Virus record (IMG/VR): IMGVR_UViG_3300047382_000480 | Span: 74,661 to 138,660 of that record | DNA: 64,000 bases | Direction: 5' to 3' (one strand) | From: a virus | In this document: in pieces, positions 1 through 9,529 of the stretch | Position numbering within the stretch: the first letter of the stretch is position 1 | Layout: the number at the start of each line of letters is the position of its first letter | Translations under genes and position numbers: made by a program | The notes under the pieces: model-generated | Databases searched by the model: none | The model's input: the letters and a program-made list of their open reading frames with translations, nothing else | Told to the model about the DNA's origin: nothing

Positions 1-3000
1 TTTTTTATGACATTAGTGCTACCAGAATTTGCCCCAATGGCAATATTATCATTTGTCGTAGTGTTATTGCCGTGAGATTGCGTCGTGGTAATAGTCTTTG
101 TTGTTAATAGGCTAGGAACTGTCAGAATCGCATTATTTTTAAGTTCGACTGAAGGTATACCTTGATCATTAGCGACCTCAAAAACTTCGGTCATAGTCCC
201 GTTGAGAGCAACATTAAATTTAAGACTTCCGTCTTCAGAAGTATAGGCATGATCTATTATTGAAGAAGATATACTTGCATAATCGGCAGGCGTGCCATTA
301 ACCGCTGGTGCGTTAAATTGAATTGATCCAATATTGCTACCCTCAGCGACAGTAGCAGTCCTTACTAATTCAATTATTGGGAAAGTGCTTGTCGTTGTTG
401 ATGTAGTCTCTACTGTGACTTTACCAGAGTCAGTAGACCCATGGCTTGTAAACGCAGTATTTCCAGCGATTTCAGATCTGGCAGATGGAGAAGCATTAAG
501 TTGAATTTTTGTAGCACTACCACTAGCTGGAGATCCTAACCTAGATTCAATAAGAATGTAACCATGACTGTCATTTATATCTGAAAGACCACCTGTGTCA
601 ATTCTAGACCCAGCTCTTATAACAGAACCATTGCTTGTGGTTCCTGCTACTCCGGAGTAATTATTATTACTTAAAATTCGAAAAGCTGCAACACTTGTTG
701 GGGTGTTATGTTGTGTTCCTTTCAGCGTTAATGGCACAGTCCCTAGCGTAGAAGAAGGAATATATCCAATTGCTACTGGCTTGCTTATGTGACTATCGCC
801 TTCGCTGTCAAACCTTATGGTCTCATCGTGAGTATCAGATGAGGAATTACCTGTCGTTTGATACATAGATAATCTAGAGCTGTCTCCAGAACTCTCTAGA
901 ACAAGCGACTCTAGCTTATCGTAATCTGTTATTGTACCACCACCAGTGTAGCTGGCATTATCTGAATTTCTTATAACTGTTTCAAACAAAGTTATCTTAC
1001 CATCACCCTCGCATCTAATTCCAGGATTAGCATGATCGGGAGTAGTGGTGTACCTAATATCAAAGAATCCACCAGAATTGAGTTGAGTAAATGTGGTATT
1101 ACCATTAATATCAATTGTATGAGTGCCACCAGTATTTGTTGCACTCGCGCCACCGATTGTCACTGCCGTATTTGCTGATGAAGACCCAGTTGGTGCTGCT
1201 ATGTCTACGTTTGTGGTGCTAGTGCTTTGACCCGAACTAGCGATATTGATGGTTTGAGTTGTATTACCTTCTGTTGCGGCATCACCGATATTAATGGTGT
1301 TAGCTTTGGTGCTGTTACCGACAGTGATTGTACCAGTTTTTGTACTACTACCTAATGTGATTGGTTTATCGTCACGACCGCTCATAACAATCCCATTAGC
1401 ATAACTCATTTGCAATTCTGTAGCACCAGCTGTATTGAAGGTAATGTTATTGGTCAGTGATGGTGGGTTACCATCATCAACAATTATTATACTAGTATCA
1501 TTTTTAATAATTCTATCAAAGGTGGTGTTACCTGCCATCGCAGTTGTAGCAGTTGTGCCTATTTGTAGTGTAGTTACAGCACCAGTATTTCCATCAACAC
1601 TTGTTACTGCATCTGTGGGTGTAGCAAGTAGTGTGAAGTTTGTCATATCATGTGGATCAGTAGTTCCACTATTCCGCATGTATGTTTTGTTTTCGTCAGT
1701 ACGAACTACAACATCACCTTCTTCTGTTGTCAAGGCAAGTTGTGCAGATTCGCTTGCTGCAGTTTGTACTGTCGTAAGAGCAGTTGCTGCCATGTTACTC
1801 ACAGGCAATGTTCCAGTTACTTGCGATGATAAATCAAGACTACCACCTATTGCACTTAGAGCAGTATTACCCGCCATCGCAGTTGTGGCAGTTGTACCAA
1901 TTTGCAATAGTGAAGTATCGCCCGCTAGAGCAGTCGTTGATGTTGTACCTAATGCTAGTAGTGCAGTATCACCTGCGAGTGCAGTTGTTGATGTTGTACC
2001 TAGTTCTAATAATGCAGTATCACCTGCGAGTGCAGTTGTTGATGTTGTACCTAGTTCTAATAATGCAGTATCACCCGCAAGAGCAGTCGTTCCTGTTGTG
2101 CCTAACTGAAGTAATGAAGTATCACCCGCAAGAGCAGTTGTTGATGTTGTACCAAGTTGTAGTAAGGCTGTATCGCCCGCAAGTGCTGTCGTTGATGATG
2201 TACCAAGTTGCAATAGTGCGGTATCGCCTGCCAATGCTGTAGTGGAACTTGTACCTAATTGCAATAATGAAGTGTTACCAGCTAGTGCTGTAGTAGAAGT
2301 TGTACCTAACTGAAGTAATGAAGTATCACCTGCCAATGCTGTAGTAGAAGTTGTGCCAAGTTGTAATAATGAAGTGTTACCAGCTAGTGCTGTTGTTGCG
2401 GTTGTACCTAATTGTAGTGTTGTGACTGCGCCAGTATTTCCGTCGACGCTTGTTACTGAATCAGTTGGAGTCGCAAGAAGTGTAAAATCTGCCATTGTTC
2501 CTGCAGAACCACCATTATGCATATATGTTTTATTTTGGTCAGTCCGAACTACAACATCGCCTTCTTCTGTTGTTAGAGCCAGTTGTGCAGCTTCATCCGC
2601 AGCAGTCTGTATTGTTGTAAGTGCTGTTGCTGCCATGTTGCTGACAGGAAGAATTCCAGTCACCTGTGTAGATGCGTCAATAGAAAGTGCAGATTGATGT
2701 GCAGTTACGTCAGTTTCGCTAACAGTTTTTTTATACCCTGCATTCCCTACAAGAGTGTCTAGTGACCCAGTAATTGCCTGATTTGATGAATTACCGATAA
2801 AAATATCGCCATCGTCGAGATTGGGTGTAGCATTAGTTCTTCCCGCACCCATAATCTTAATAGAACCAGAAGTTGCGTGTACTCTAGTGACCTTTGCGAT
2901 TTTCTGTATGAGGTTTGCACTTCCTGATGGTGCTGTATTAACTAACACCCCAGCTGTTGAAGCTGATACATATAATTCATCATTGATCGAAAAACTACTT

Positions 3001-4352
3001 GTGTCTATACCAGACAATGTGCCAAAGGTATAAACATCAACATTTGCATTAGCATTCGCAGCCGTGGAAACAATACCAAATGCTGGCATTTTAGCAGCAT
3101 CACTTGCATTTGCCTTAGCAACTTGCGTTTGATTGCCTGTTGTATCGTACTGATCAATATAAACAACATCGCCTTTAGCCAGACCTTCACTTGCCTTAGC
3201 TTTAAATAATACCGCTCCTCGAACATCACCAATAAATTCATCAGCCTCAACATCACCAGTAACTTCTACACCATCATTTGTTGTCTGTAATCTTGAGGAA
3301 TTATTATAATATAATCTGATAAATGGAGAAGTTCCAGGCATAGTAAATGCGGCAAGGGCTCTCTGCCTAGAATCGTTTTCTAGAAATATACCATTTCCGT
3401 CACTAGAAAGATAAAGTCCATTGGTGCCCACATCTTTGATTACAGACCTTCCATCTCCAACAGCTTCACTAGTTGTGTCGTGGTAAATAAGTAAGTCATT
3501 GCTATCACCAAACTTAGCTTTTACGTCATCCCCGAATGATATATCACCAGTAAACGTAGCACCAGATAATTCTGCATATCTACCATCAAAGTCTGTAGTA
3601 ACTGTACTGTTGTCAGATTTAGTGAGAGTGAGTACTCCATCAGAAGTTTCGAAAGATGCTGATGTTATACCAACAGCACTACCGCCACCATCTGCACCAA
3701 CCCACTTTGATAAAGACGAGTCATATTTCAGAAATTTACCATCCACGAGGGCAGTTGAACGATCTACATCGTCCATATCTTTTATTTTTACTGCACCACC
3801 GCCACCAGAACCTTGCATACCTAATCTAAGGCTTGAAATAGATTTCTTAACATCTTCGATTTGTTTCTCAAGTGATTTCATTTTCACTTGATCTTCAGAT
3901 AATTCAACACGCTTAGTTTTAAGGTAGTCTAATGCTTGCTCGTGTAATGGTGTTTCAGCTAACTCTTCAAGGTTCTCTGTTTCTTTGATTATTTCTTCTT
4001 CAGATTCTTCAACTAATTCTTCAATTTCCACTAAAGGTTCTTCAACGATTTCCTCTACTGGGTCTTGGATCTTATCTTCGGTGAAAGTCTCCTCAATATC
4101 TTCTGAGACTATCTGTGGCTGGACTTCTTCTTTCACTGTTGGTGATGTGAGCCATGCTTCCATGGCAGCAATTTCTCGCTTCTGGTTTTCCTCTTGCTCT
4201 TTCAACTGCTTGAGTTCAGAAGAAAATGCTTCTAAGAAGTCTTGCTTCAGATCTTCTGATTTCTTCTTAGTTTTATTTTTCTTTTTCTTTTCTTCTGCAG
4301 AATTCTTAGCCTTTTCTTCGGCTAACATCTTAAACAGATCATTCATATCCAT
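1..4352 (-). CDS. Large tail fibre / virion structural protein (3'-truncated by window edge, >1450 aa)
   Basis: Not in ORF track because it has no stop in the window. ATG at 4352 (MDMNDLFKMLAEEK...). Frame checked open at several points (MQGSGGGGAVKI near 3800, TAMAGNT near 1870, window start), not at every codon. Ser/Thr/Gly-rich with internal repeats. Confidence 0.8.
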   Translation of the reverse strand, partial: MDMNDLFKMLAEEKAKNSAEEKKKKNKTKKKSEDLKQDFLEAFSSELKQLKEQEENQKREIAAMEAWLTSPTVKEEVQPQIVSEDIEETFTEDKIQDPVEEIVEEPLVEIEELVEESEEEIIKETENLEELAETPLHEQALDYLKTKRVELSEDQVKMKSLEKQIEDVKKSISSLRLGMQGSGGGGAVKIKDMDDVDRSTALVDGKFLKYDSSLSKWVGADGGGSAVGITSASFETSDGVLTLTKSDNSTVTTDFDGRYAELSGATFTGDISFGDDVKAKFGDSNDLLIYHDTTSEAVGDGRSVIKDVGTNGLYLSSDGNGIFLENDSRQRALAAFTMPGTSPFIRLYYNNSSRLQTTNDGVEVTGDVEADEFIGDVRGAVLFKAKASEGLAKGDVVYIDQYDTTGNQTQVAKANASDAAKMPAFGIVSTAANANANVDVYTFGTLSGIDTSSFSINDELYVSASTAGVLVNTAPSGSANLIQKIAKVTRVHATSGSIKIMGAGRTNATPNLDDGDIFIGNSSNQAITGSLDTLVGNAGYKKTVSETDVTAHQSALSIDASTQVTGILPVSNMAATALTTIQTAADEAAQLALTTEEGDVVVRTDQNKTYMHNGGSAGTMADFTLLATPTDSVTSVDGNTGAVTTLQLGTTATTALAGNTSLLQLGTTSTTALAGDTSLLQLGTTSTTALAGNTSLLQLGTSSTTALAGDTALLQLGTSSTTALAGDTALLQLGTTSTTALAGDTSLLQLGTTGTTALAGDTALLELGTTSTTALAGDTALLELGTTSTTALAGDTALLALGTTSTTALAGDTSLLQIGTTATTAMAGNTALSAIGGSLDLSSQVTGTLPVSNMAATALTTVQTAASESAQLALTTEEGDVVVRTDENKTYMRNSGTTDPHDMTNFTLLATPTDAVTSVDGNTGAVTTLQIGTTATTAMAGNTTFDRIIKNDTSIIIVDDGNPPSLTNNITFNTAGATELQMSYANGIVMSGRDDKPITLGSSTKTGTITVGNSTKANTINIGDAATEGNTTQTINIASSGQSTSTTNVDIAAPTGSSSANTAVTIGGASATNTGGTHTIDINGNTTFTQLNSGGFFDIRYTTTPDHANPGIRCEGDGKITLFETVIRNSDNASYTGGGTITDYDKLESLVLESSGDSSRLSMYQTTGNSSSDTHDETIRFDSEGDSHISKPVAIGYIPSSTLGTVPLTLKGTQHNTPTSVAAFRILSNNNYSGVAGTTSNGSVIRAGSRIDTGGLSDINDSHGYILIESRLGSPASGSATKIQLNASPSARSEIAGNTAFTSHGSTDSGKVTVETTSTTTSTFPIIELVRTATVAEGSNIGSIQFNAPAVNGTPADYASISSSIIDHAYTSEDGSLKFNVALNGTMTEVFEVANDQGIPSVELKNNAILTVPSLLTTKTITTTQSHGNNTTTNDNIAIGANSGSTNVIK
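1525..2690 (-). repeat. Duplicated ~95-aa domain (about 1525-1825 and 2375-2690) flanking the tandem repeat
   Basis: Both copies read PVSNMAATALTT.QTAA.E.AQLALTTEEGDVVVRTD.NKTYM...FTLLATPTD.VTSVDGNTGAVTTLQ. Confidence 0.9.
1864..2424 (-). repeat. In-frame tandem repeat, 11 x 51 bp (17 aa, consensus SLLQLGTTSTTALAGDT)
   Basis: Units start every 51 nt from 1864 to 2374; two adjacent units at about 1962-2075 are identical at DNA level. Confidence 0.92.
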
Positions 4353-4358
4353 GATAAA

Positions 4359-4688
4359 TTATGCCTTTGTTACTTGGGGTGTGACTGTGAGTATTCCTTC
4401 TACAACTCGTATAGTTTCCGACCCTGATGCACTTTCAACATCGTAAACGTAACGACCTGCCTTCAAATTTCCAGTTTGCGTAGCTGTCAATGAGAGAGTT
4501 ATCACTCCCGTACCATTTACTTGAGATGTCGTGAAACTGGTTGAGGTAGAACTATAATAACTCTTTCTTATTTGTGCAGTTGTTGTATAACCAGAAAGAT
4601 TTTTTGCTGAACCAGTGCTATCCTTCGCTGTCACATCAACGGAAAATGTTGTACCTTGATCAATTACAATATTCTTTTGAGTCGCCAT
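4359..4688 (-). CDS. Small virion structural protein typical of marine T4-like phages
   Basis: MATQKNIVIDQGTTFS...AQIRKSY...GRYVYDV...RVVEGILTVTP; start reassigned to the ATG at 4688; late promoter upstream. Confidence 0.75.
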   Translation of the reverse strand: MATQKNIVIDQGTTFSVDVTAKDSTGSAKNLSGYTTTAQIRKSYYSSTSTSFTTSQVNGTGVITLSLTATQTGNLKAGRYVYDVESASGSETIRVVEGILTVTPQVTKA

Positions 4689-4715
4689 ATCTTTTGCTCC
4701 GAACAATGATACTGG

Positions 4716-4723
4716 TATTTATA
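4716..4723 (-). promoter_or_regulatory. T4-type late promoter TATAAATA
   Basis: Exact consensus 28 nt upstream of the 4688 start. Confidence 0.8.
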
Positions 4724-4737
4724 CGAATAAAAAAGAC

Positions 4738-4765
4738 TTGACTTTCGGGCGAAAAAAAGTATAAT
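4738..4765 (+). promoter_or_regulatory. Sigma70-type promoter for glycosyltransferase operon
   Basis: TTGACT-N16-TATAAT just upstream of the ATG at 4776. Confidence 0.7.
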
Positions 4766-4775
4766 AAATAAGGTT

Positions 4776-5462
4776 ATGAAAAATATTTTTATGCTTTTAT
4801 ATGGAGACAAATACAACCACGAAGATGTTAATCGCATAGTCGAGGCAACTAATTGTCAAACAAAATATAATTACATCTTATACACCGACAATCCTGGGAT
4901 GGATAATCTGCACCCGCAAATTGAAACTGTGAAGATTGACTCAGACTGGGGAACTTTCAACAAAATTAAAATGTTTGAAAGAGATAATGTCGGAGAATGT
5001 GTATATTTAGATTTAGATATTATTATTCAATATCCAAATATCGATATTCTATTTCACAAAGGGGTTCAAAAACCTGCTATTTGTAAAACATACTGGAAAC
5101 ACGAAGGATTTGAAGCTGAACATGATGGTGGAGATTTCAATTCGAGCGTAATGAGTTGGAATTCATCGAATGCGAAACATATTTACGAACATTTTATGAA
5201 GAATCCAGATTATTTTATAACAAAATATAAAGGTTGTGATGATAAATATTTGTTCCACGAACATAAAGATAATTTTTCAAATTATGGTCGAGGTAAAATA
5301 TATTCTTATATGTATGGGATAGATCATAAAACTGATGTGAGCCCACGTGCTAAGAAATATCACGAATTTGCTTCAATCTGTTTGTTGAATGGTCAAGAAA
5401 ACTATGATTTTGATTTGAGGTCTGATTACTATTTTAACCTTTCTAACAATAAAGTGGGGTAA
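4776..5462 (+). CDS. GT-A fold glycosyltransferase-like protein
   Basis: YGDKY..EDVN N-terminus, YLDLD (DxD), FNSSVMSW, GCDDKYL; paralog of the downstream genes. Confidence 0.8.
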   Translation: MKNIFMLLYGDKYNHEDVNRIVEATNCQTKYNYILYTDNPGMDNLHPQIETVKIDSDWGTFNKIKMFERDNVGECVYLDLDIIIQYPNIDILFHKGVQKPAICKTYWKHEGFEAEHDGGDFNSSVMSWNSSNAKHIYEHFMKNPDYFITKYKGCDDKYLFHEHKDNFSNYGRGKIYSYMYGIDHKTDVSPRAKKYHEFASICLLNGQENYDFDLRSDYYFNLSNNKVG

Positions 5463-6822
5463 AAAATACTCACCTGAATATGTGAATAACCTATATGGTA
5501 TGATTGACGCAAATTATGTTAATCAATTTAAAATGGTATGTTTCACAGACGATCCAGAGGGTATTAGGGAAGAAGTAGATACTCACCCCATCCCAGACAT
5601 TGAACCACTACACCCGAAATATTGGTTTGAAAAAGAAAACTACTGCTGGGATCGTAGTAAATTTCTTTTATTCAACGCAAAGGAATGGTTAAATGAAGAT
5701 GGTCCATTTTGCTATTTCGATCTAGATGTAATCATTCAATCTTCTATTGACGAGTTTTACGAACTTGCGTTTGAACCGCATATTTTATATTCTCATTGGC
5801 AACCAGAAGGTCAAATAAAAGATAGAAGATTTAGAAACATCAGAGGAACATACTTCAATTCTAGTTGTATGCTTTGGTGGTCTGATCAAACAAAGAAAAT
5901 TTACGAAGATGTTGTGAGTAATCCAGATATCTTTACAATTTTTTACAAAGGTTCTGACAACTACCATCAATGGAGAAGACCAGCTGGAGCAAATTTCTGG
6001 AACTTCTTACCGCATGAATGGTACTATAGCTACAATTATGAAGATACTAATTATGATGCCAAACTTGCGCTGTTCAATCAAAATGTAATCAAAAACGATA
6101 ATTCCATATCTATTGAAGATCTAGAAGATTCAATTCTTCTGAATCATTGGTACGGAAAATATGATATGTACAAGGATGTCCCTTCTAGGATAGTTTTAGA
6201 ACTTTCAAACAAATACAATGATACAGAAAATAAATTCAATGACCTGTTTGTAGAAGAAGACGAACTCACTCTTGACGAAATAAAAAGAATATTTGCAGAC
6301 CCACCAGAATATGTAACTTTACTGACAACACTTTCTAAACCTGAAAGATGTAAAGACTACTCAAAGATAGTTGATTGGTTTAAAAGCGTGGGGACTGAGG
6401 TAATTGAACCCCCGATGGATTTTCGAGTAAATGAAACCACACATGGCTCACACCCCAACACAGATATTAATAAAGACCTCATAACAAGGGAAAACATAAA
6501 AACATTTAAGCAAAAAGAAGAATATAGAAACATCACAAAAGAAGAAAACTGGGTAATTGATTGTGAAGCCAGAAACGAGAATATGGCTTATATCAATGCA
6601 AAGGGGCAAGTTTTCCCTTGTTCGTATATTGCTAGAGATATTTTAGAAAACAGATTATATCCTTTGCACCCAATAGACTACCCATACAATCCTAAATACA
6701 ACAACGCCAAATCCTTTTTGTTGAAGGATATTGTATATAATGCAGACTTCGAATGTTATAATGATAGTCTGAAAAAAGACCCTTTGAAAATTTGTAAAGA
6801 GACTTGTGGAAGATGCGTGTAA
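5431..6822 (+). CDS. GT-A glycosyltransferase fused to a degenerate radical-SAM/SPASM-like C-terminal domain
   Basis: KWGKKYSPEYVN, CFTDD, FDLD, FNSSCMLW, GSDNY; C-terminal C...YINAKGQVFPC...CKETC. The conserved N-terminus lies upstream of the track's GTG start at 5482, so the start is uncertain. Confidence 0.75.
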   Translation: MLTFLTIKWGKKYSPEYVNNLYGMIDANYVNQFKMVCFTDDPEGIREEVDTHPIPDIEPLHPKYWFEKENYCWDRSKFLLFNAKEWLNEDGPFCYFDLDVIIQSSIDEFYELAFEPHILYSHWQPEGQIKDRRFRNIRGTYFNSSCMLWWSDQTKKIYEDVVSNPDIFTIFYKGSDNYHQWRRPAGANFWNFLPHEWYYSYNYEDTNYDAKLALFNQNVIKNDNSISIEDLEDSILLNHWYGKYDMYKDVPSRIVLELSNKYNDTENKFNDLFVEEDELTLDEIKRIFADPPEYVTLLTTLSKPERCKDYSKIVDWFKSVGTEVIEPPMDFRVNETTHGSHPNTDINKDLITRENIKTFKQKEEYRNITKEENWVIDCEARNENMAYINAKGQVFPCSYIARDILENRLYPLHPIDYPYNPKYNNAKSFLLKDIVYNADFECYNDSLKKDPLKICKETCGRCV

Positions 6823-7613
6823 ATTTTGTATGTGCTAAGTGGGGAGAAAAATATGGTGCGCACTTTGTCAATCGTTTAAAAAACATGGCAAAGAGAAACA
6901 CCCCCGAACAATTTGATGTGCATTTCTACTGCTACACAGATGACCCGACTGGAATTGACCAAGACGTAAAAATAATAGAATTCCCAGACATTCCAAATAT
7001 CCACCCAAAATACTGGTTTGGTTTAGAAGATTACAAATACGGCATGGCTCGTTGTTGGGACAGAGCAAAAACCTTTGTTTTCAATACACATAACTTTGCA
7101 AAAGATAAACCAACTGGTCGATTTGTGTTTTTTGATTTAGACGTAATCATTCAAAATGATCTAACTCCAATCATAACATACAATATGGAACAACCAACAA
7201 AAATGCGCTCTTGGTGGCAAGACCCAAGACCTATGGATACCCGAAGATTTAAATTATCTCATGGAGCGTTTACAAACGGAAGCTGTAAGGTTTGGAGTGA
7301 CGATCAATGTGAGCCTATATGGAATGATGTACTTAAACATCAGGAAAAGATCTGGTTTACATTTACAGACGGCACTGATAATTACCATAGTTGGCGTTGG
7401 AAAGAACTATGGGATTATTTTCCTAGTTGGATGGCATACTCATACAATCGTGGTCGTTCTTGGGATGAAGACGATTTAAACGTAGGAATATACAGAAACA
7501 ATTGTATCCTTTGCGTATTTAATGTAGACCTTCTACCATTTGAAGATGGATCTAGGGGAAAAACAAAACAAGACGATTTGGTAGACCCCAAGTTATTGGA
7601 GCATTGGCAATGA
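6813..7613 (+). CDS. GT-A glycosyltransferase-like protein
   Basis: MRVNFVCAKWGEKY...VNRL, CYTDD, FFDLD, GTDNY. Confidence 0.8.
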   Translation: MRVNFVCAKWGEKYGAHFVNRLKNMAKRNTPEQFDVHFYCYTDDPTGIDQDVKIIEFPDIPNIHPKYWFGLEDYKYGMARCWDRAKTFVFNTHNFAKDKPTGRFVFFDLDVIIQNDLTPIITYNMEQPTKMRSWWQDPRPMDTRRFKLSHGAFTNGSCKVWSDDQCEPIWNDVLKHQEKIWFTFTDGTDNYHSWRWKELWDYFPSWMAYSYNRGRSWDEDDLNVGIYRNNCILCVFNVDLLPFEDGSRGKTKQDDLVDPKLLEHWQ

Positions 7614-8203
7614 GTTATGAATACAGAAAGTTTAGAGACAAGGAATGGCTTTGGCCAAAGGAAGATTACCATTGTTGGAAACACTTGACAAAACAGCACC
7701 CAGATATCCCGATACAAATATTAGTTATGATTGGTGGTGCTGATACAGTCGTTCAGGCTGGAGGAAATTGTGGACTATACACTGCGCAATATGCATCTCA
7801 TGTAAATGAGGTATTAACATTCGAACCAGATTTGGTCAATTATCACTGTTTGAAAGAAAATTTAAAAGAATATAATAATGTAACAATGCACCCATTTGCA
7901 CTTGGAAGTAAAGAAGCAGTTGTTGGAATTAAAATAGATAGGGTTAATACTGGTGCTTCTTCAGTTTCAGAACAATTAGATGGAAAAATAAAACAAGTTC
8001 CCTTAGATAATTATGATATTGATCCTGATTTGATCCACTTAGATATCGAAGGGATGGAAAAAAACGCATTAGAGGGCATGACGAGGATATTGAAGAAATA
8101 TCGCCCAGCGGTCGTAGTAGAAAGAAACAATGGCGGTGATTTATTATTAGAACTTGGCTACAAAAAAATCGCTAATATTGGATTAGATTGGTTGTACGTG
8201 TGA
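7610..8203 (+). CDS. FkbM-family SAM-dependent methyltransferase
   Basis: VQAGGNCG, TFEPD, ALG, IHLDIEGME motifs. Confidence 0.88.
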   Translation: MSYEYRKFRDKEWLWPKEDYHCWKHLTKQHPDIPIQILVMIGGADTVVQAGGNCGLYTAQYASHVNEVLTFEPDLVNYHCLKENLKEYNNVTMHPFALGSKEAVVGIKIDRVNTGASSVSEQLDGKIKQVPLDNYDIDPDLIHLDIEGMEKNALEGMTRILKKYRPAVVVERNNGGDLLLELGYKKIANIGLDWLYV

Positions 8204-8874
8204 ACATCTATACAGTAAAATGGGGTACAAAATATTCTTCTGAATATGTAAATAAGATAGCAGAAGATCTCCAATCCCTTTCCCCAGAATCGCATAAAAA
8301 GGTTTTTTGCATAACCGACGATCCATCTGGACTCAGCGATCTTGTTGAGCCAATACTCATACCAGAGGAAAATGATTTAGAAAAATGGTGGAACAAAATG
8401 TATTTGTTTTCTCCACTAGTAAGCCAAGAAGGGGAAAAACTTTTTTTTGACCTCGATATACTAATCCAAAAAGAAATAAAACCCTTCGAGGAATTTGACC
8501 CAGAAAACTGCCTCGGGATTGTAAAGACTTGGTGGCATGACCTAGAAAGGATGAAAGAAGAAACAAAACACGTTCCTCACAAATTCAGTGATATAAACTC
8601 AAGCATTTTAAGATGGAACGAAAATTTTGATTCAGAAAAACTTTGGGAATACTTTAATAAATATAAGCAACAGATACTTTGGCAATATCGTGGTATTGAT
8701 AATTTTCTTTGTGATAAGAACATAATCCCCATGAAACTTTTCCCAATAGGATGGGTATATAGTTTCAATCAAGGTTATATCTTTCCGCAAGACACTGAAA
8801 AGCACGTGTATCGAGAGATTCCGTATATTTGCTTGTTTGACTCTATGGGTAAAAGTGAAGATGTTAAAATCTAA
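8200..8874 (+). CDS. GT-A glycosyltransferase-like protein
   Basis: KWGTKYSSEYVN, CITDD, WWNKMYLF, FFDLD, NSSILRW, GIDNFL. Confidence 0.8.
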   Translation: MNIYTVKWGTKYSSEYVNKIAEDLQSLSPESHKKVFCITDDPSGLSDLVEPILIPEENDLEKWWNKMYLFSPLVSQEGEKLFFDLDILIQKEIKPFEEFDPENCLGIVKTWWHDLERMKEETKHVPHKFSDINSSILRWNENFDSEKLWEYFNKYKQQILWQYRGIDNFLCDKNIIPMKLFPIGWVYSFNQGYIFPQDTEKHVYREIPYICLFDSMGKSEDVKI

Positions 8875-9529
8875 TTTTCTTAATAATTTTAAATTCTATG
8901 GTGAAGCACTTCACTTCATAGAACAAAAAGCACCGCACAAACTCACCGACTTACGTCAATGCCACGAGGAAAATCACGTTGAAGCAGTGACGTGGCTAGT
9001 GGAACAATTAATAAAGACTGTCGAAAACTGCGCTAGACAAGAGAAAATTAAGGTATTGGTGCTAAACTCTTGGTTAGGCGTGCCTCTCGTCCCTCTCCTT
9101 TGCGAAAACCTAGATATAGGGGAGTTACACTTAGTTGATTTAGATAAAGAAGCATTAGATATATCTAAAATAATGCATAAACATTATGCTCAGGAAAAGT
9201 TTGTAAAGATTCGACATCACAATCTAGACATTCCCTTTGCGTTTGATGAATTAAATAAAATCGATGCAGATATTGTTGTAGCAATTAATACAGAACAAAT
9301 GTATCCACTGAAAGAACTTACAACAAAAAATCCAATGGCAGTATTCGCTTGTCAGAATAGCGATGTGATTGAGGAAATGTATGGTATAAATTGCGTTAAA
9401 AGTATCGACGAATTAAAAGAACAAATTGACTTAGAAGAAACATATTATGAAGGACAACGAGAACAAACATATTATTCTTGGGATGGAAAAAGAAAATATA
9501 ATAGATTCATGGTCATAGGGTCTAAATAG
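8861..9529 (+). CDS. Class I methyltransferase-fold protein (degenerate Gly loop)
   Basis: VLNSWLG, VDLD, INTEQM, CQNSD, NCV, RFMVIG; homologous pattern to 51369-51986. Confidence 0.6.
   Translation: MLKSNFLNNFKFYGEALHFIEQKAPHKLTDLRQCHEENHVEAVTWLVEQLIKTVENCARQEKIKVLVLNSWLGVPLVPLLCENLDIGELHLVDLDKEALDISKIMHKHYAQEKFVKIRHHNLDIPFAFDELNKIDADIVVAINTEQMYPLKELTTKNPMAVFACQNSDVIEEMYGINCVKSIDELKEQIDLEETYYEGQREQTYYSWDGKRKYNRFMVIGSK

Noticed and set aside
1864-2424. 51-bp periodic repeat as a CRISPR array
   Set aside because: Units are contiguous, in frame and vary mainly at synonymous sites; there are no unique spacers or cas genes.
1435-4446. Plus-strand ORFs in the track (1435-2109, 1784-2242, 2353-2697, 3499-3891, 3985-4446)
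   Set aside because: Antisense shadows of the long minus-strand fibre gene; Val/Ser/Pro-rich with no recognisable motifs.
5404-5418. Genome-wide TGA recoding suggested by the in-frame ATG...TGA
   Set aside because: TGA ends several well-defined genes (e.g. at 50656, 29312, 27928) and conserved genes are intact under the standard code.
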